Shown in pieces: positions 52,285 to 62,511 of a stretch of DNA of 64,000 nucleotides (the first letter of the stretch is position 1; each line of letters starts with the position of its first letter). This DNA comes from an uncultured Mycoplasmatota bacterium (GTDB taxonomy: Bacteria; Bacillota_I; Bacilli_A; RF39; UBA660). Below the pieces are notes generated by a model. That model saw nothing but the letters and a program-made list of their open reading frames with translations. It was not told where the DNA came from and searched no databases. The stretch covers positions 3,874-67,873 of the forward strand of contig URHW01000003.1 of the NCBI GenBank assembly GCA_900547775.1, written 5' to 3'. Position numbers and translations under genes: made by a program.

Positions 52285-52289
52285 ATAAA

Positions 52290-52310
52290 AAGTCAGCAAT
52301 ACATTGACTT
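52290..52310 (-). terminator. Rho-independent terminator between B2 and B1
   Basis: AAGTCA-9 nt-TGACTT hairpin followed by TTTTATTT on minus strand. Confidence 0.5.
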
Positions 52311-52549
52311 AAAACAGTATTATATTCTTTACACTTTTCTTCTAATAGTTTAAAATATCAGCATCTATTTATGACATTTTGCGGTAGTAATCATTTTATA
52401 TATTTTTCATATAATGTATTTGATTTTAAATAAATATTAGTTTTATTGGAATTTAACCATCTTAACTGATGATTCTAGTTCTTTGAGCGAGATTTATAAT
52501 GATTGTTCTTATCAATTGTTCCTGTTTTCATGATAATGGGTTAATTAAC

Positions 52550-53233
52550 TTAGTTTAAATGTTTTTCTAAGGCTACGTACTTATTCATTTTACTTCTTTT
52601 TAGTTCGACTAGTTCTTCAATACTTGCATTAGGATAGTTTTCATCTTTTAAAAGCTCCTTAACAATACTTTTTACTAGGGTATTCTCAATATTAATACTG
52701 CTGCCATCAAGTAAAAGTCTAACACATTCTAATGCTTTTTCGTAAGCATCATTAAAATTTATTCCAAATACTTCACTGTCATCAATTTCTTTGCTTCTCA
52801 TTTTCATTCTATTTGAAGCATTTTTTTGGTATCTATGGATGCGATAGTTTTGAAGTCCAGTACTATCCTTGATTGCTTCTAAATCAGTTATGGTTGTGTT
52901 TCCTATGCTTTTTATTATTATACCAAGTTCAGCGGATAATAATATAATTGCTAAGCCAAAATTTATAAAACTACTACCTAACACTAATAAGGTAAGTACT
53001 GCGTATGCAAGGTATGATTTATGAGATTGTTTTATGGTCTTAGTTATATCATTGTTAAGGTTTTCTTTTAAGTGTTCATTTTCTCTAAGAAGTTCATTTA
53101 GATTATTACTTATACTAGTAAGTTCACTATTTTGTACATCTAAACTATATAATTTTTTATAAATCTCTTCTAAGTTTGAATCGATTTTCTTAAGTTTTTT
53201 TTCATGTGTCTTTGCAATATTTTCCTTCTTCAT
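52550..53233 (-). CDS. Family B paralog B2
   Basis: Coiled-coil plus 2 TM plus C-terminal motif ELLKDENYPNASIEELVEL. Confidence 0.5.
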   Translation of the reverse strand: MKKENIAKTHEKKLKKIDSNLEEIYKKLYSLDVQNSELTSISNNLNELLRENEHLKENLNNDITKTIKQSHKSYLAYAVLTLLVLGSSFINFGLAIILLSAELGIIIKSIGNTTITDLEAIKDSTGLQNYRIHRYQKNASNRMKMRSKEIDDSEVFGINFNDAYEKALECVRLLLDGSSINIENTLVKSIVKELLKDENYPNASIEELVELKRSKMNKYVALEKHLN

Positions 53234-53253
53234 AATTCATCTCCTTTTGTTTA

Positions 53254-53934
53254 TTATTCTGTAAATGCCTTTTTAAGTACCATTTCTTTGCTTCGTTTTT
53301 CTTTTGCCAGTTCTAATAGTTCGGTAATACTTGCGTTTGGATGGTCTTCATCTTTTAAAAGTTCTTTTACAATCATTTCAATATATGGCGATTCAAGATC
53401 TGGTTCAGCACCTTCAAGTAACATTTCAACATATCTAACTGATAAGTCAAAAAGCATTTCAAGTTCTTCGCCCACCCACACATCATTATTTATATTTTTA
53501 CTGGTACTTTTTACTTTTTCAATGATTCCATTTTTGTAACTAGTTATTCTGCTTTTCTGTCCATAAAGTTCTAAAAGTAGTTCATTAAGTTCTTCTACTT
53601 CGGTGCATCCTTTATATTTATATACAGAGACAACACTTAATGCAGTAAGTACTAGTCCAATTGGCAAATTGATAAAACATATTCCAATACTTATTAATGA
53701 TAGTATTGTACGGATTAAAATATTTCGTGATGCTCCTTTATTATAACTTTCAATCATGTTTATAACTTCATATAATAAGTTTTCGTTATCTTTCATCTTT
53801 TCATTTAAAGATAGGCTTAACTTTCCAAGTTCCTTTAAAGATAGGTTCTTACCATATAGTTCATAACTTATATCATTTAATTTTCTTTCACTTTCTTCAT
53901 AACTCTTTGTTAGTGACTTATATTCTTTTTTCAT
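53254..53934 (-). CDS. Family B paralog B3
   Basis: C-terminal motif ELLKDEDHPNASITELLEL; same architecture. Confidence 0.5.
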   Translation of the reverse strand: MKKEYKSLTKSYEESERKLNDISYELYGKNLSLKELGKLSLSLNEKMKDNENLLYEVINMIESYNKGASRNILIRTILSLISIGICFINLPIGLVLTALSVVSVYKYKGCTEVEELNELLLELYGQKSRITSYKNGIIEKVKSTSKNINNDVWVGEELEMLFDLSVRYVEMLLEGAEPDLESPYIEMIVKELLKDEDHPNASITELLELAKEKRSKEMVLKKAFTE

Positions 53935-53947
53935 AATTTTCTTCCTT

Positions 53948-54628
53948 TTAATTAGTTTTAAATTTTTTTAGTAATGGTGGGGTGTCTAATTGTTGGCGTC
54001 TAATATTAACCAGCTCTGGGATGGTCGCATTTGGGTAATTATCATCTTTAAGTAGTTCTAAGACTACCGCTTTTAATAGAGGAGACTCAATCTTAATATC
54101 TTTGCCACTTAGAAGCCCTTCAACACAGTTTACTGCATTATCAAAAATAGCTTCTAGTTCTCTACCAGACCATTCTTTTTCGTCTATTACTTTTTTGCTA
54201 TGAAAAGTTTTTGTTTCAATTTCTTTTTTTAATCTAGTAATTTTTATCTTTTGTTCATATTCTTGCGTTTTCATCTTTTGCAAACTCTTATAATCTACGT
54301 CAAATAAATTCTTGCCTAATATTCCTGCATTAATTAGTAAAAATAATACTGCTAGTGGCCTATTTATAAGACACATTATAAAGATTATGAGTCCAATAAT
54401 ATTTCCAGCAATAAATCTTTTAACAGTTTCTTTTTCATTTTTATCTAGTTCTTCATCAATTTTGTCATTAATTCTTTGATTTTCACTAATAGCTTTGTTT
54501 AATTCCATTTTTAAACTTCCAAGTTCATTTAGAGGAATATTATTTTCGGAAAGTTTTAAGCCAACATTATTTACTAATTTTTTATTATCGTCTAGTTCTG
54601 CACTTAATTTTTTTATAGTTTTTTTCAT
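53948..54628 (-). CDS. Family B paralog B4
   Basis: C-terminal motif ELLKDDNYPNATIPELVNI; start placed at MKKTIKK to match paralogs. Confidence 0.5.
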   Translation of the reverse strand: MKKTIKKLSAELDDNKKLVNNVGLKLSENNIPLNELGSLKMELNKAISENQRINDKIDEELDKNEKETVKRFIAGNIIGLIIFIMCLINRPLAVLFLLINAGILGKNLFDVDYKSLQKMKTQEYEQKIKITRLKKEIETKTFHSKKVIDEKEWSGRELEAIFDNAVNCVEGLLSGKDIKIESPLLKAVVLELLKDDNYPNATIPELVNIRRQQLDTPPLLKKFKTN

Positions 54629-54754
54629 TATAAACCTCCCTTTTTTACCAAGCAAAAATTATTCTAACACACGCCTTTTTTTCAGTCAAACGAATGAATG
54701 GTAATGAACTTAAAATGTGTCAAATAAGTATCAAAAAAAGGACTAATTTGTCCT

Positions 54755-56545
54755 TTATTCAGTAATATCACTAAATTGTGAATTATATAGATCTGCATAG
54801 AAACCATTTTCTTTTAGTAATTCATTGTGATTTCCTTGTTCAATAATATTACCATCTTTCATAACTAGTATAAGATCGGCGTTTTTAATTGTCGATAATC
54901 TATGAGCAATAATAAATGAAGTTCTTCCTTTAGTAAGTTTATCCATTGCTTTTTGAACTAGTTCTTCTGTTCTTGTATCAACGTTACTAGTTGCTTCATC
55001 AAGTATTAAGAATGGTGCATCTTTAATCATACCTCTAGCAATTGTAAGAAGTTGTCTTTGACCAGCAGAGATATTTTCACTATCTCCTACTTCATAATCT
55101 AAGCCTTTTGGAAGACTTTTAACGTAGTGCTCTGCACCTACAACTTTTAGAGCATTCCAGATCTCTTCATCACTAGCTTTATTATTGTATTTGATATTAT
55201 CACGAATACTTCCATTAAATAACCATGTATCTTGCAAGATCATAATAAATAAGTCATGGATATTTTCTCTTTTTAAGTCCTTAATGCTTACTCCATCGAT
55301 TGTGATGTCGCCGTCATTTATTTCGTAGAACTTTTCAAGTAAATTAACCATTGTCGTTTTACCAGCACCAGTTGGGCCAACAATTGCTATTTTTTCTCCT
55401 GGCTTAACTTTAGCACTAAAGTCTTTGATAATAAGTTTGTCTTTATCGTAGCCAAACTTAACGTGTTTAAACTCAATATTTCCTTTAACTTTTTTAGGAT
55501 TAAGTTTTCCTTTAAGTTTAGATTCGTCAGTCATTTCTTTTTCTTCTAGGAACTCAAATACTCTTTCACTAGCTGCAGTTACTGATTGCATACTATTTAA
55601 ACTTTGTGCTATTTGACTAAGTGGGTTTGCAAATAGTCTTACGTACATAATAAATGCTACTATAACGCCAAAAGATATTGTGCCTTTCATAGTAAGAAGA
55701 GCTCCAACAACGCATACTGCTACGTAACCAAAGTTACCAATAAATCCCATTATTGATGGCATCATACCACCTAAAAATTCACTTTTTAAGTTGCATGTGT
55801 AAACGTTTTCGTTAAGTTTTGCAAATTTATCCCAAGCATTCTTTTCGCCATTATATGCTTTTACTAATGTTTGTGATGAATAGATTTCTTCTATATGACC
55901 ATTAAGCTTACCTAACTCTTCTTGTCTCATTACAAAGTATTTTTGAGCTTTACTAAGAATTATCATCATTAAGACTAATCCAATAATAGATGAGAAAATA
56001 CTTGTTAAAGCCATAATCCAGTTCGTTTTAAACATCATAATTAAACAACCAACTAAAAGGGTAATTGCACTTACAAACGTGCCTAAACTGTTATTTAAGT
56101 TTTGACTTACTGTGTCTATATCATTAGTAACTCTTGATAGAATGTCACCACTAGTATGAGTATCAAAATATTTAAGAGGCAATTTATTAATCTTATGACT
56201 TATTTTTTCTCTAAGTTCTTTAGCAAACTTGTTAGTAGCATCTACCATTAAATACTTTTCTAGATAATCAAATATTGCACTAAGAACGTATATAATAATG
56301 AGAGCAAACATGATCTCTTTAACTTTATCTATATCTATTCCAGTAATAATTCCAGCAATAATTGTATTGATTAACTTTTCTAATCTTTTAGGGCTTATGA
56401 TAGCTAAGACACTACTGAATGCACTAAAGATTAGAGCAAATATTATTCTGAATTTGTATTTGTTTAAGTAATGCATTAATTTTTTTACTGCAAGATTAAA
56501 ATTGTTGGGTTTATCATTAGGATTTTCTCCACCATGTTTAGGCAT
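54755..56545 (-). CDS. ABC exporter, fused permease/ATPase (half of heterodimer)
   Basis: 6-TM N-terminal domain, Walker A GPTGAGKTT, signature SAGQRQ, Walker B ILDEATS. Confidence 0.85.
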   Translation of the reverse strand: MPKHGGENPNDKPNNFNLAVKKLMHYLNKYKFRIIFALIFSAFSSVLAIISPKRLEKLINTIIAGIITGIDIDKVKEIMFALIIIYVLSAIFDYLEKYLMVDATNKFAKELREKISHKINKLPLKYFDTHTSGDILSRVTNDIDTVSQNLNNSLGTFVSAITLLVGCLIMMFKTNWIMALTSIFSSIIGLVLMMIILSKAQKYFVMRQEELGKLNGHIEEIYSSQTLVKAYNGEKNAWDKFAKLNENVYTCNLKSEFLGGMMPSIMGFIGNFGYVAVCVVGALLTMKGTISFGVIVAFIMYVRLFANPLSQIAQSLNSMQSVTAASERVFEFLEEKEMTDESKLKGKLNPKKVKGNIEFKHVKFGYDKDKLIIKDFSAKVKPGEKIAIVGPTGAGKTTMVNLLEKFYEINDGDITIDGVSIKDLKRENIHDLFIMILQDTWLFNGSIRDNIKYNNKASDEEIWNALKVVGAEHYVKSLPKGLDYEVGDSENISAGQRQLLTIARGMIKDAPFLILDEATSNVDTRTEELVQKAMDKLTKGRTSFIIAHRLSTIKNADLILVMKDGNIIEQGNHNELLKENGFYADLYNSQFSDITE

Positions 56546-58295
56546 TTTCTAACTCCTCCTTTGATAACTGAGAATAAGCAATTTCTTTGTAGACTTCACA
56601 ACTCTTTAATAGTTCTTTATGAGTACCCATTCCCACACATTTACCATTATCTAAGACTACTATTAAATCAGCATCTTTAATGGTACCTATTCTTTGAGCA
56701 ACTATTAAACTAGTAACATCACTGGTATTTTCTTTTAAAGCTTTTCTTAAAATATAATCTGTCTTATAGTCAAGTGCACTAAATGAATCGTCAAATATAT
56801 AAAATTCTGGTTTTCTAGCTATTGCCCTTGCAATGGATATTCTTTGTTTTTGACCACCTGATACGTTAGTTCCACCACTAGCAATATGTGAGTTGTATTC
56901 TTTTTCCATCTTTGTGATAAAGTCATCAGCTTGAGCTATTTTAGATGCTTCAATTCCCATTTCTTTAGTAAGTTTTTTACCTGCATCACCATATAAAATA
57001 TTATTCATGATGCTATCGTTAAAAATAACCGCCTTTTGAGGAACGTAACCTATCTTTTCATGAAGTGTTTTAAGGTTATAATCCTTAACGTTAATATCGT
57101 CAATTAGGATTTCACCACTAGTAACATCATAAAATCTAGGTACTAAATTAATAAGAGTAGATTTACCACTACCAGTTGATCCAATGAATGCTACTGTATC
57201 ACCTTTTTTGGCTTTAAAGCTAATATCTTCTAGCATATATTCTTCACTATCAGGATATTTAAATGATACATGTTTAAATTCAATTTTGCCCTTAACATCA
57301 TTGTGCTTAGTAACGTTTCCATCTAAGATGGAGCTATCAGTATCTAATACTTCATTAATTCTATTTGCTGATACCTCTGCTCTAGGGTACAAAATAAAGA
57401 TAAAGGCTAACATTAAGAATGATGAAATAACCTGCATTGCATAACTAGAAAATACTACCATGTTACTAAAGACAGTCATTTTATCCATCATACTTGCTTC
57501 GTTAATTAGATAAGCACCAATTATATAAATTGATAATGATACTCCTTGCATAATAAGGTAGATTCCTGGGTTTAATATTCCCATCATTTTTTGGTTAAAC
57601 ATTTGAAGTTTAGTTAAATCATTATTGCCTTTAGCAAACTTATTTTCACTATAAGTTTCTGCATTAAATGCACGAATTACACGAATACCTTTAAGTTGTT
57701 CTCTAGTAAGTTCGTTAATATTATCAATAAGTTTTTGAACTTTTTTAAAGTTAGGAAATACTAGTATTAATAATAAACCAATTATTAGAAGTAGAATAAC
57801 TACACCAATACCTGTAGCAATACTCCACTCTTTACCTTTATTTAATATTTTAAAGATTGCCCATACTGCAGTAATTGGAGCTTTAATAAGCATTTGAAGG
57901 CCAACACCTAAAAACATCTCAACATTGGTAATGTCATTTGTAGTTCTTGTAATTAAACTACTAGCTTTAAATTTTTTCATTTCATTTAAACTAAAATCAA
58001 GTGTCTTATTAAATAATTTACCACGAACATTTTTAGAAAATGAAGATGAAACATATGCAGCAAAGTAACCTACTATAATTGCTGCAATAAGTGAGAGACC
58101 GGCACAAAGAAGCATATAACCACCTTGTGTTAAAATCTCACTCATCTTGCTTCCTTCAGTTTGAACTAATCTGGTAATTGCTGACATATAATCAGGAATT
58201 TTTAAATCAAGCCAAACCTGGAACACAATAAAAAGTACACATAAAAATATACAAAAAATATCTTTTTTATTTAGATTTTTAAATAACTTAAACAT
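56538..58295 (-). CDS. ABC exporter, fused permease/ATPase (second half of heterodimer)
   Basis: Walker A GSTGSGKST, signature SGGQKQR, Walker B IFDDSFS; overlaps partner by 8 nt. Confidence 0.85.
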   Translation of the reverse strand: MFKLFKNLNKKDIFCIFLCVLFIVFQVWLDLKIPDYMSAITRLVQTEGSKMSEILTQGGYMLLCAGLSLIAAIIVGYFAAYVSSSFSKNVRGKLFNKTLDFSLNEMKKFKASSLITRTTNDITNVEMFLGVGLQMLIKAPITAVWAIFKILNKGKEWSIATGIGVVILLLIIGLLLILVFPNFKKVQKLIDNINELTREQLKGIRVIRAFNAETYSENKFAKGNNDLTKLQMFNQKMMGILNPGIYLIMQGVSLSIYIIGAYLINEASMMDKMTVFSNMVVFSSYAMQVISSFLMLAFIFILYPRAEVSANRINEVLDTDSSILDGNVTKHNDVKGKIEFKHVSFKYPDSEEYMLEDISFKAKKGDTVAFIGSTGSGKSTLINLVPRFYDVTSGEILIDDINVKDYNLKTLHEKIGYVPQKAVIFNDSIMNNILYGDAGKKLTKEMGIEASKIAQADDFITKMEKEYNSHIASGGTNVSGGQKQRISIARAIARKPEFYIFDDSFSALDYKTDYILRKALKENTSDVTSLIVAQRIGTIKDADLIVVLDNGKCVGMGTHKELLKSCEVYKEIAYSQLSKEELENA

Positions 58296-58296
58296 A

Positions 58297-58749
58297 TTAA
58301 TCCTTTCTATTTATATTATCTCGCATCTTTAAGATAACTTTATAAAATGTTTCTAATTCTTCTTTAGAAATATCTTTTTTAAGAACAGTTTCTAGTTTTT
58401 TAAATAAGGTTTCTTTCTCTTTAAAGAACTTCTTAGCATCATCACTTAATATAACAATTTTACCTCTAGCATCGTTAGGGTCACACACTCTTATTATAAC
58501 ATTATTTTTTTCCATAGTCTTTAAAATACCAGAGATTGTTGCTCGGCGTAAGTTAAATACTTCTTCTAAGTCTCTTTGATAAATAGTCTTTCCATCATGT
58601 TTTAGAATATACTTAATGATTTGCATTTGAGCGATACTTGGCTTACTAAACATTTCATCATGCGAAGTCTCACTCATTATCTTACGCACAATCCCCTTTT
58701 CAAGTTCTTTAATAGAATTAAAAATATTCTTATCATCCATAAATATCAC
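58297..58749 (-). CDS. MarR-family transcriptional regulator
   Basis: 150 aa with winged-helix region (…RRATISGILKTMEKNNVIIR…); directly upstream of ABC pair. Confidence 0.7.
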   Translation of the reverse strand: MIFMDDKNIFNSIKELEKGIVRKIMSETSHDEMFSKPSIAQMQIIKYILKHDGKTIYQRDLEEVFNLRRATISGILKTMEKNNVIIRVCDPNDARGKIVILSDDAKKFFKEKETLFKKLETVLKKDISKEELETFYKVILKMRDNINRKD

Positions 58750-58818
58750 CTTAAGATACTAGTAAATTTTATCACAACATTTTAATTTGTCAATAGCCTT
58801 ACAAAATATATTTAAAAA

Positions 58819-58849
58819 CTCGGGTAGCCGTATGCAAGAACTACCCGAG
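58819..58849. other. GC-rich perfect hairpin CTCGGGTAG-13 nt-CTACCCGAG
   Basis: 9-bp perfect inverted repeat, unusually GC-rich for the window; T-rich on both sides. Confidence 0.5.
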
Positions 58850-59016
58850 GATAATATTTTTAAAACTAATTTGCAACCTTACTTCCGGACACTTTTTTAA
58901 ATATAATAAAACAACACTTTTTATCGTCTGTACTCTTTCACCTTTCTAAATTGATAAAACAACTTCTTTTTGATATTATTAATTTACCATAAAAAACTAG
59001 CAAAGGAAGTCGTTCT

Positions 59017-60136
59017 ATGAATAAATTATATAATAAAGAAATGGATATTGCAATCGGTTTGAATGATTTTTTCAGTCAAATCGATTTTAAATTTTCAAAA
59101 CCTCAATTAAAGGTTTTACCGCATTTAATTATGGCTGCTATTAATGCCGAAAATATTACAAATTTAGATTTAGCAAAGAATTATATTGACGATTCTCTTT
59201 TAACAAATCATTCTTCTATTGAAAAGAAAATATGGAGGTTTCTCAATAATCACAAATTTGATGGTATCAAATTCTTTAAAGCTGTAGTTAAGAAAATTAT
59301 CAAAAAAATTGGGGCTTTAAAGCACAATAAACTAGTTGTTATTTTAGATCACATGTATACTAATGACGACTTTGTTACTTTAATGTTTACTTTGAAAATC
59401 GGTAAACAATCTATCCCTATCCACTTTATTAATGATAAAGATAAAAGAAGCGGTCATTATGACATTAATGATGATGATAGAAAATTTTTATTTTCTTAAA
59501 AAGTTATCATTGAAGCAATCGATTATGTTATTGTTCTTTTATCATGTATCAATGCACCTATCACTTTTCTTGATGATAGGTGGTTTTGTAATTTTGCCCT
59601 TATGCGTCATATTCATAAAAAATGTCATTTTTTCTGTATCAGAGCTAAAGTTAATTCTGATTTAAAGAGTTCTAATCTATGATAAAAAAGAAAAACATTA
59701 CATTTACAAAAAACTTTCAAAATTAACTGTCCAAAAATATCATGCTTTATATTATAAAAATATTTCAGTTGGCAAACATCATTTTAAATGCAATTTATCA
59801 ATTGGCAGAGGTAATCAAATCGATGATCCATGGTTTATTTTATCTAATATTGAACCTAATCAAGCAATCCGTGAATATTCACATCGTTTTGGTGGTATTG
59901 AAATGTTTTTTAAATCTCAAAAATCCAATGGTTTCAATTTAAAAAAACTAGAACTAGAAACCTTCATACTTTTGAAAATTTATACAGCATTATTTGTTTT
60001 GCTGGGCTTTGACTTAGTATTCTTGCAATTGACTATACTAAAAATTATGCTCATGTTAAAAATTATCTTAATATTAGATATATTAAAAATAACAAAAATG
60101 GTAAGCCTATTCGCATATTATCTATATTTAATTTAG
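59017..60136 (+). mobile_element. Degenerate IS4/IS1634-family transposase (pseudogene fragments)
   Basis: N-terminal fragment 59017-59499; C-terminal in-frame fragment 59666-60136 containing YSHRFGGIEMFFKSQKS (YxxRWxIExxFKxxK-type motif); central DDE core missing or frameshifted. Confidence 0.55.
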
Positions 60137-60274
60137 GTCTTACTATCTTTCGAAGATGTTTCAATTCTTATATAAACTATAAAATCAAGACGAACATGCA
60201 GCTCTACCTATGACTTATACAAAATTTTAGTTTTACTTTTTATGTTAAATTATCATTTAACACTTTTTGTCATG

Positions 60275-60322
60275 AAAAAAACTGCAATAAAATTTCATTT
60301 TTGAAAAATATTGCAGTTTTTT
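60275..60322. terminator. Bidirectional rho-independent terminator between IS remnant and A3
   Basis: 13-bp stem AAAACTGCAATAT/ATATTGCAGTTTT with A-run upstream and T-run downstream. Confidence 0.6.
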
Positions 60323-60420
60323 ATATTCAAATTTATCAAAACCAGCCCAAATTAATATATCAATAAGTTATACGCTCACAAACCCTTTATTTATCTAGGC
60401 TTAATCAAAAATGTCCGGTA

Positions 60421-62229
60421 TTAAGTACTTATTATGAATGGGCTATCACTGGTACCATTTCCGGTTACGTTGGTCGTCGACTTAAGAGAAATTGAAGGAC
60501 GGACGCCGTAAGTGAGGAACACGTAGTTGCCGCCGAAGTAGCCATTGCTGCCGATAACGTACCAAACGCTAGCGCCGGCACCATAGAAGAAGTAAGGAGA
60601 CAAGGACCACCAATAAGTATCCGTAGCATTTTCTTGTAAATATGTTGTAGAATTTTGTAATCCATAAGCATATCCTGCTAATGCTAACTCATCTGCTGTT
60701 ATTAAGCCTACTTTTGAATTTATTTTACTTAATTCACCATTACATTTTAAACTTGGACCCGTACCACCAGCACTACCACTAGTACCTACTAATCTCTGTG
60801 TAGCACCATAATATGTTACATTTTTAGCATATCCTAAACCATTTACGTTACTGTAATTATAAGGGTTAAATGTTGTATCTGTTACATTTGTTTTATCATT
60901 ACACCATACAGTATCAGCTATTACTTTTTCATAATTTTTAAGATTATTCTTTTCATACCAAGCCTCTAAATTAGTTAGTATTGTACTTTTATTTGTATTT
61001 GCATGAGTAAGAGCATAGTCACCAGCACCAACAGTTCCATACTTAAATCCTACATATGCATTATCATTATAGTTTGTATTAAATGCACTTTTATATGTTT
61101 CACCAGAATATCTTGCAAATGCTGCAGTAGTACTATTATTTGCAGAATTACATGGATTAGCTGCTTTTGCAGTATTATCATTATGTAAGATAAGTTTAAC
61201 TGAACCATCTCCACCAACTCTTACTATTCTCCAGCACTTATTAGCAAATTCTACATAGTTATTTTTAACTGCTCCTCTAAAGTAGTATGATGTACCATAA
61301 TCATCAGGAGTACTTGCTAAAAGTGCTTCACTTGCAGTAGATACTTCTTTTCCTGGTGCAGTTATTGGAGTCTTTACTTCATTATTTGCTAGAATTGCTT
61401 CTGCTAAAGTTGGCTTTTTTGTTTCAAATGTAGCATTACACCTTACATTACCATCACTAATTGCAGTTGTAAGAATCCATTTTGTTCCATTCCAAGTTAT
61501 ACTTTCGTTAGCATCTATCTTTTTACCATTTCTAGTACACTCTACAGATGCTGTATATTTATCTGTTGTTGGAAATGTACTACTTTCAACTCCATCTATT
61601 AGAGCTGCAACATATAAATCATCTTTTGGTCTTGTCTTAACAGTTCCTACTACTGATATTTTTACTTGATAGTTTTTACCTTCAATATCTTCTTTAGTCC
61701 AGATATCTTTATTATTACTATCAAGCCACATTCTAAAGTTAAATGTTCTACTTTCATCTTTAGATATGCCATCTCCTCTTTTTAGGATATAGTTTTCAGT
61801 TATATTGTATTTAGATAGACTTTGCGGAGTAGATATAGATTCTAGAGTATTAATTACTGTACCATTTAAGTCATTGTCTCCTAGTAAAGATACTTTTACA
61901 TATTTAGAGTCTATTTTGTTAGTTGTACTAATTACGGATGCGATAACATAATACTCAATGTAGTTATCACATTTATTTTTTATAGTAAATGTGTATGGTG
62001 TTTGTTCTAAGGCTTCGCCTTCAGATATTGGGTAAGTATTAAGTAAATTAATTTCATTTTGTCCATTGAATTCTAAATCCATACATGATGCTGCTAGAGT
62101 GTTTGTATCAGTTTGACTTGAATAATTAGTAAATACCGCATAACTTACTCCAGTTATCATAAGTACTACTGCTAGCATTATACATAAAATTAACATTCTT
62201 TTTTTATATCTATAGAGACTATGGTTCAT
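60421..62229 (-). CDS. Family A protein A3: TasA/camelysin-like N-module (type I, as A1) plus conserved C-terminal domain with hypervariable block
   Basis: VSYAVFTNYSS signal class; YTFTIKNKCDNY; C-terminal 300 aa paralogous to A1/A2. Confidence 0.7.
   Translation of the reverse strand: MNHSLYRYKKRMLILCIMLAVVLMITGVSYAVFTNYSSQTDTNTLAASCMDLEFNGQNEINLLNTYPISEGEALEQTPYTFTIKNKCDNYIEYYVIASVISTTNKIDSKYVKVSLLGDNDLNGTVINTLESISTPQSLSKYNITENYILKRGDGISKDESRTFNFRMWLDSNNKDIWTKEDIEGKNYQVKISVVGTVKTRPKDDLYVAALIDGVESSTFPTTDKYTASVECTRNGKKIDANESITWNGTKWILTTAISDGNVRCNATFETKKPTLAEAILANNEVKTPITAPGKEVSTASEALLASTPDDYGTSYYFRGAVKNNYVEFANKCWRIVRVGGDGSVKLILHNDNTAKAANPCNSANNSTTAAFARYSGETYKSAFNTNYNDNAYVGFKYGTVGAGDYALTHANTNKSTILTNLEAWYEKNNLKNYEKVIADTVWCNDKTNVTDTTFNPYNYSNVNGLGYAKNVTYYGATQRLVGTSGSAGGTGPSLKCNGELSKINSKVGLITADELALAGYAYGLQNSTTYLQENATDTYWWSLSPYFFYGAGASVWYVIGSNGYFGGNYVFLTYGVRPSISLKSTTNVTGNGTSDSPFIIST
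60505..60594 (-). other. Putative DGR variable region (VR) of A3
   Basis: Same 30-codon block; NNC-type variation relative to A1/A2; conserved 3' flank GTCCGTCCTTCAATTTCT. Confidence 0.6.
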
Positions 62230-62254
62230 ATTTTAACCTCTACTTTCTATAGAT

Positions 62255-62283
62255 ATTATATAACAACCACCACCCAGTGTCCA
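62255..62283 (-). promoter_or_regulatory. Promoter of A3: TGGACA-17-TATAAT
   Basis: Minus-strand reading TGGACA CTGGGTGGTGGTTGTTA TATAAT; spacer is the interrupted counterpart of the A1 G9 tract. Confidence 0.65.
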
Positions 62284-62330
62284 GTTAATTTTTGCACTTT
62301 TTTCTTCTATCAACACATCTTTAAAATTTT

Positions 62331-62358
62331 TACAAAAAAAATCGCATTTTTGCGATTT
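62331..62358 (-). terminator. Rho-independent terminator downstream of proS/small ORF
   Basis: AAATCGCA-AAAA-TGCGATTT hairpin followed by T8 on minus strand. Confidence 0.65.
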
Positions 62359-62458
62359 ACATTACAGCTTGAAATAATAGAACTCCAAACCAGAAACCTG
62401 CTACTATAGTGATAGCACAGATTCCAATTGCTAGTAATGTTTTACTTTTCTTGTTCAT
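62357..62458 (-). CDS. Possible 33-aa small membrane protein
   Basis: Manual translation MNKKSKTLLAIGICAITIVAGFWFGVLLFQAVM; stop overlaps terminator stem; no strong RBS checked. Confidence 0.3.
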   Translation of the reverse strand: MNKKSKTLLAIGICAITIVAGFWFGVLLFQAVM

Positions 62459-62511
62459 TCTTTCTCACCTATTATAATGATATCATAATCAAAATATTTT
62501 TTAAAGATTTT

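Noticed and set aside
51520-54655. Repetitive four-gene array considered as a CRISPR-like or other repeat array
   Set aside because: The repeats are whole protein-coding paralogs (~700 bp each with divergent sequence). They are not short direct repeats with spacers. No cas genes are present.
62221-62409. Track ORF 62221-62409 (+) overlapping the A3 start and promoter
   Set aside because: It would overlap the A3 promoter/RBS and a terminator hairpin. A minus-strand 33-aa ORF plus terminator explains the region better.
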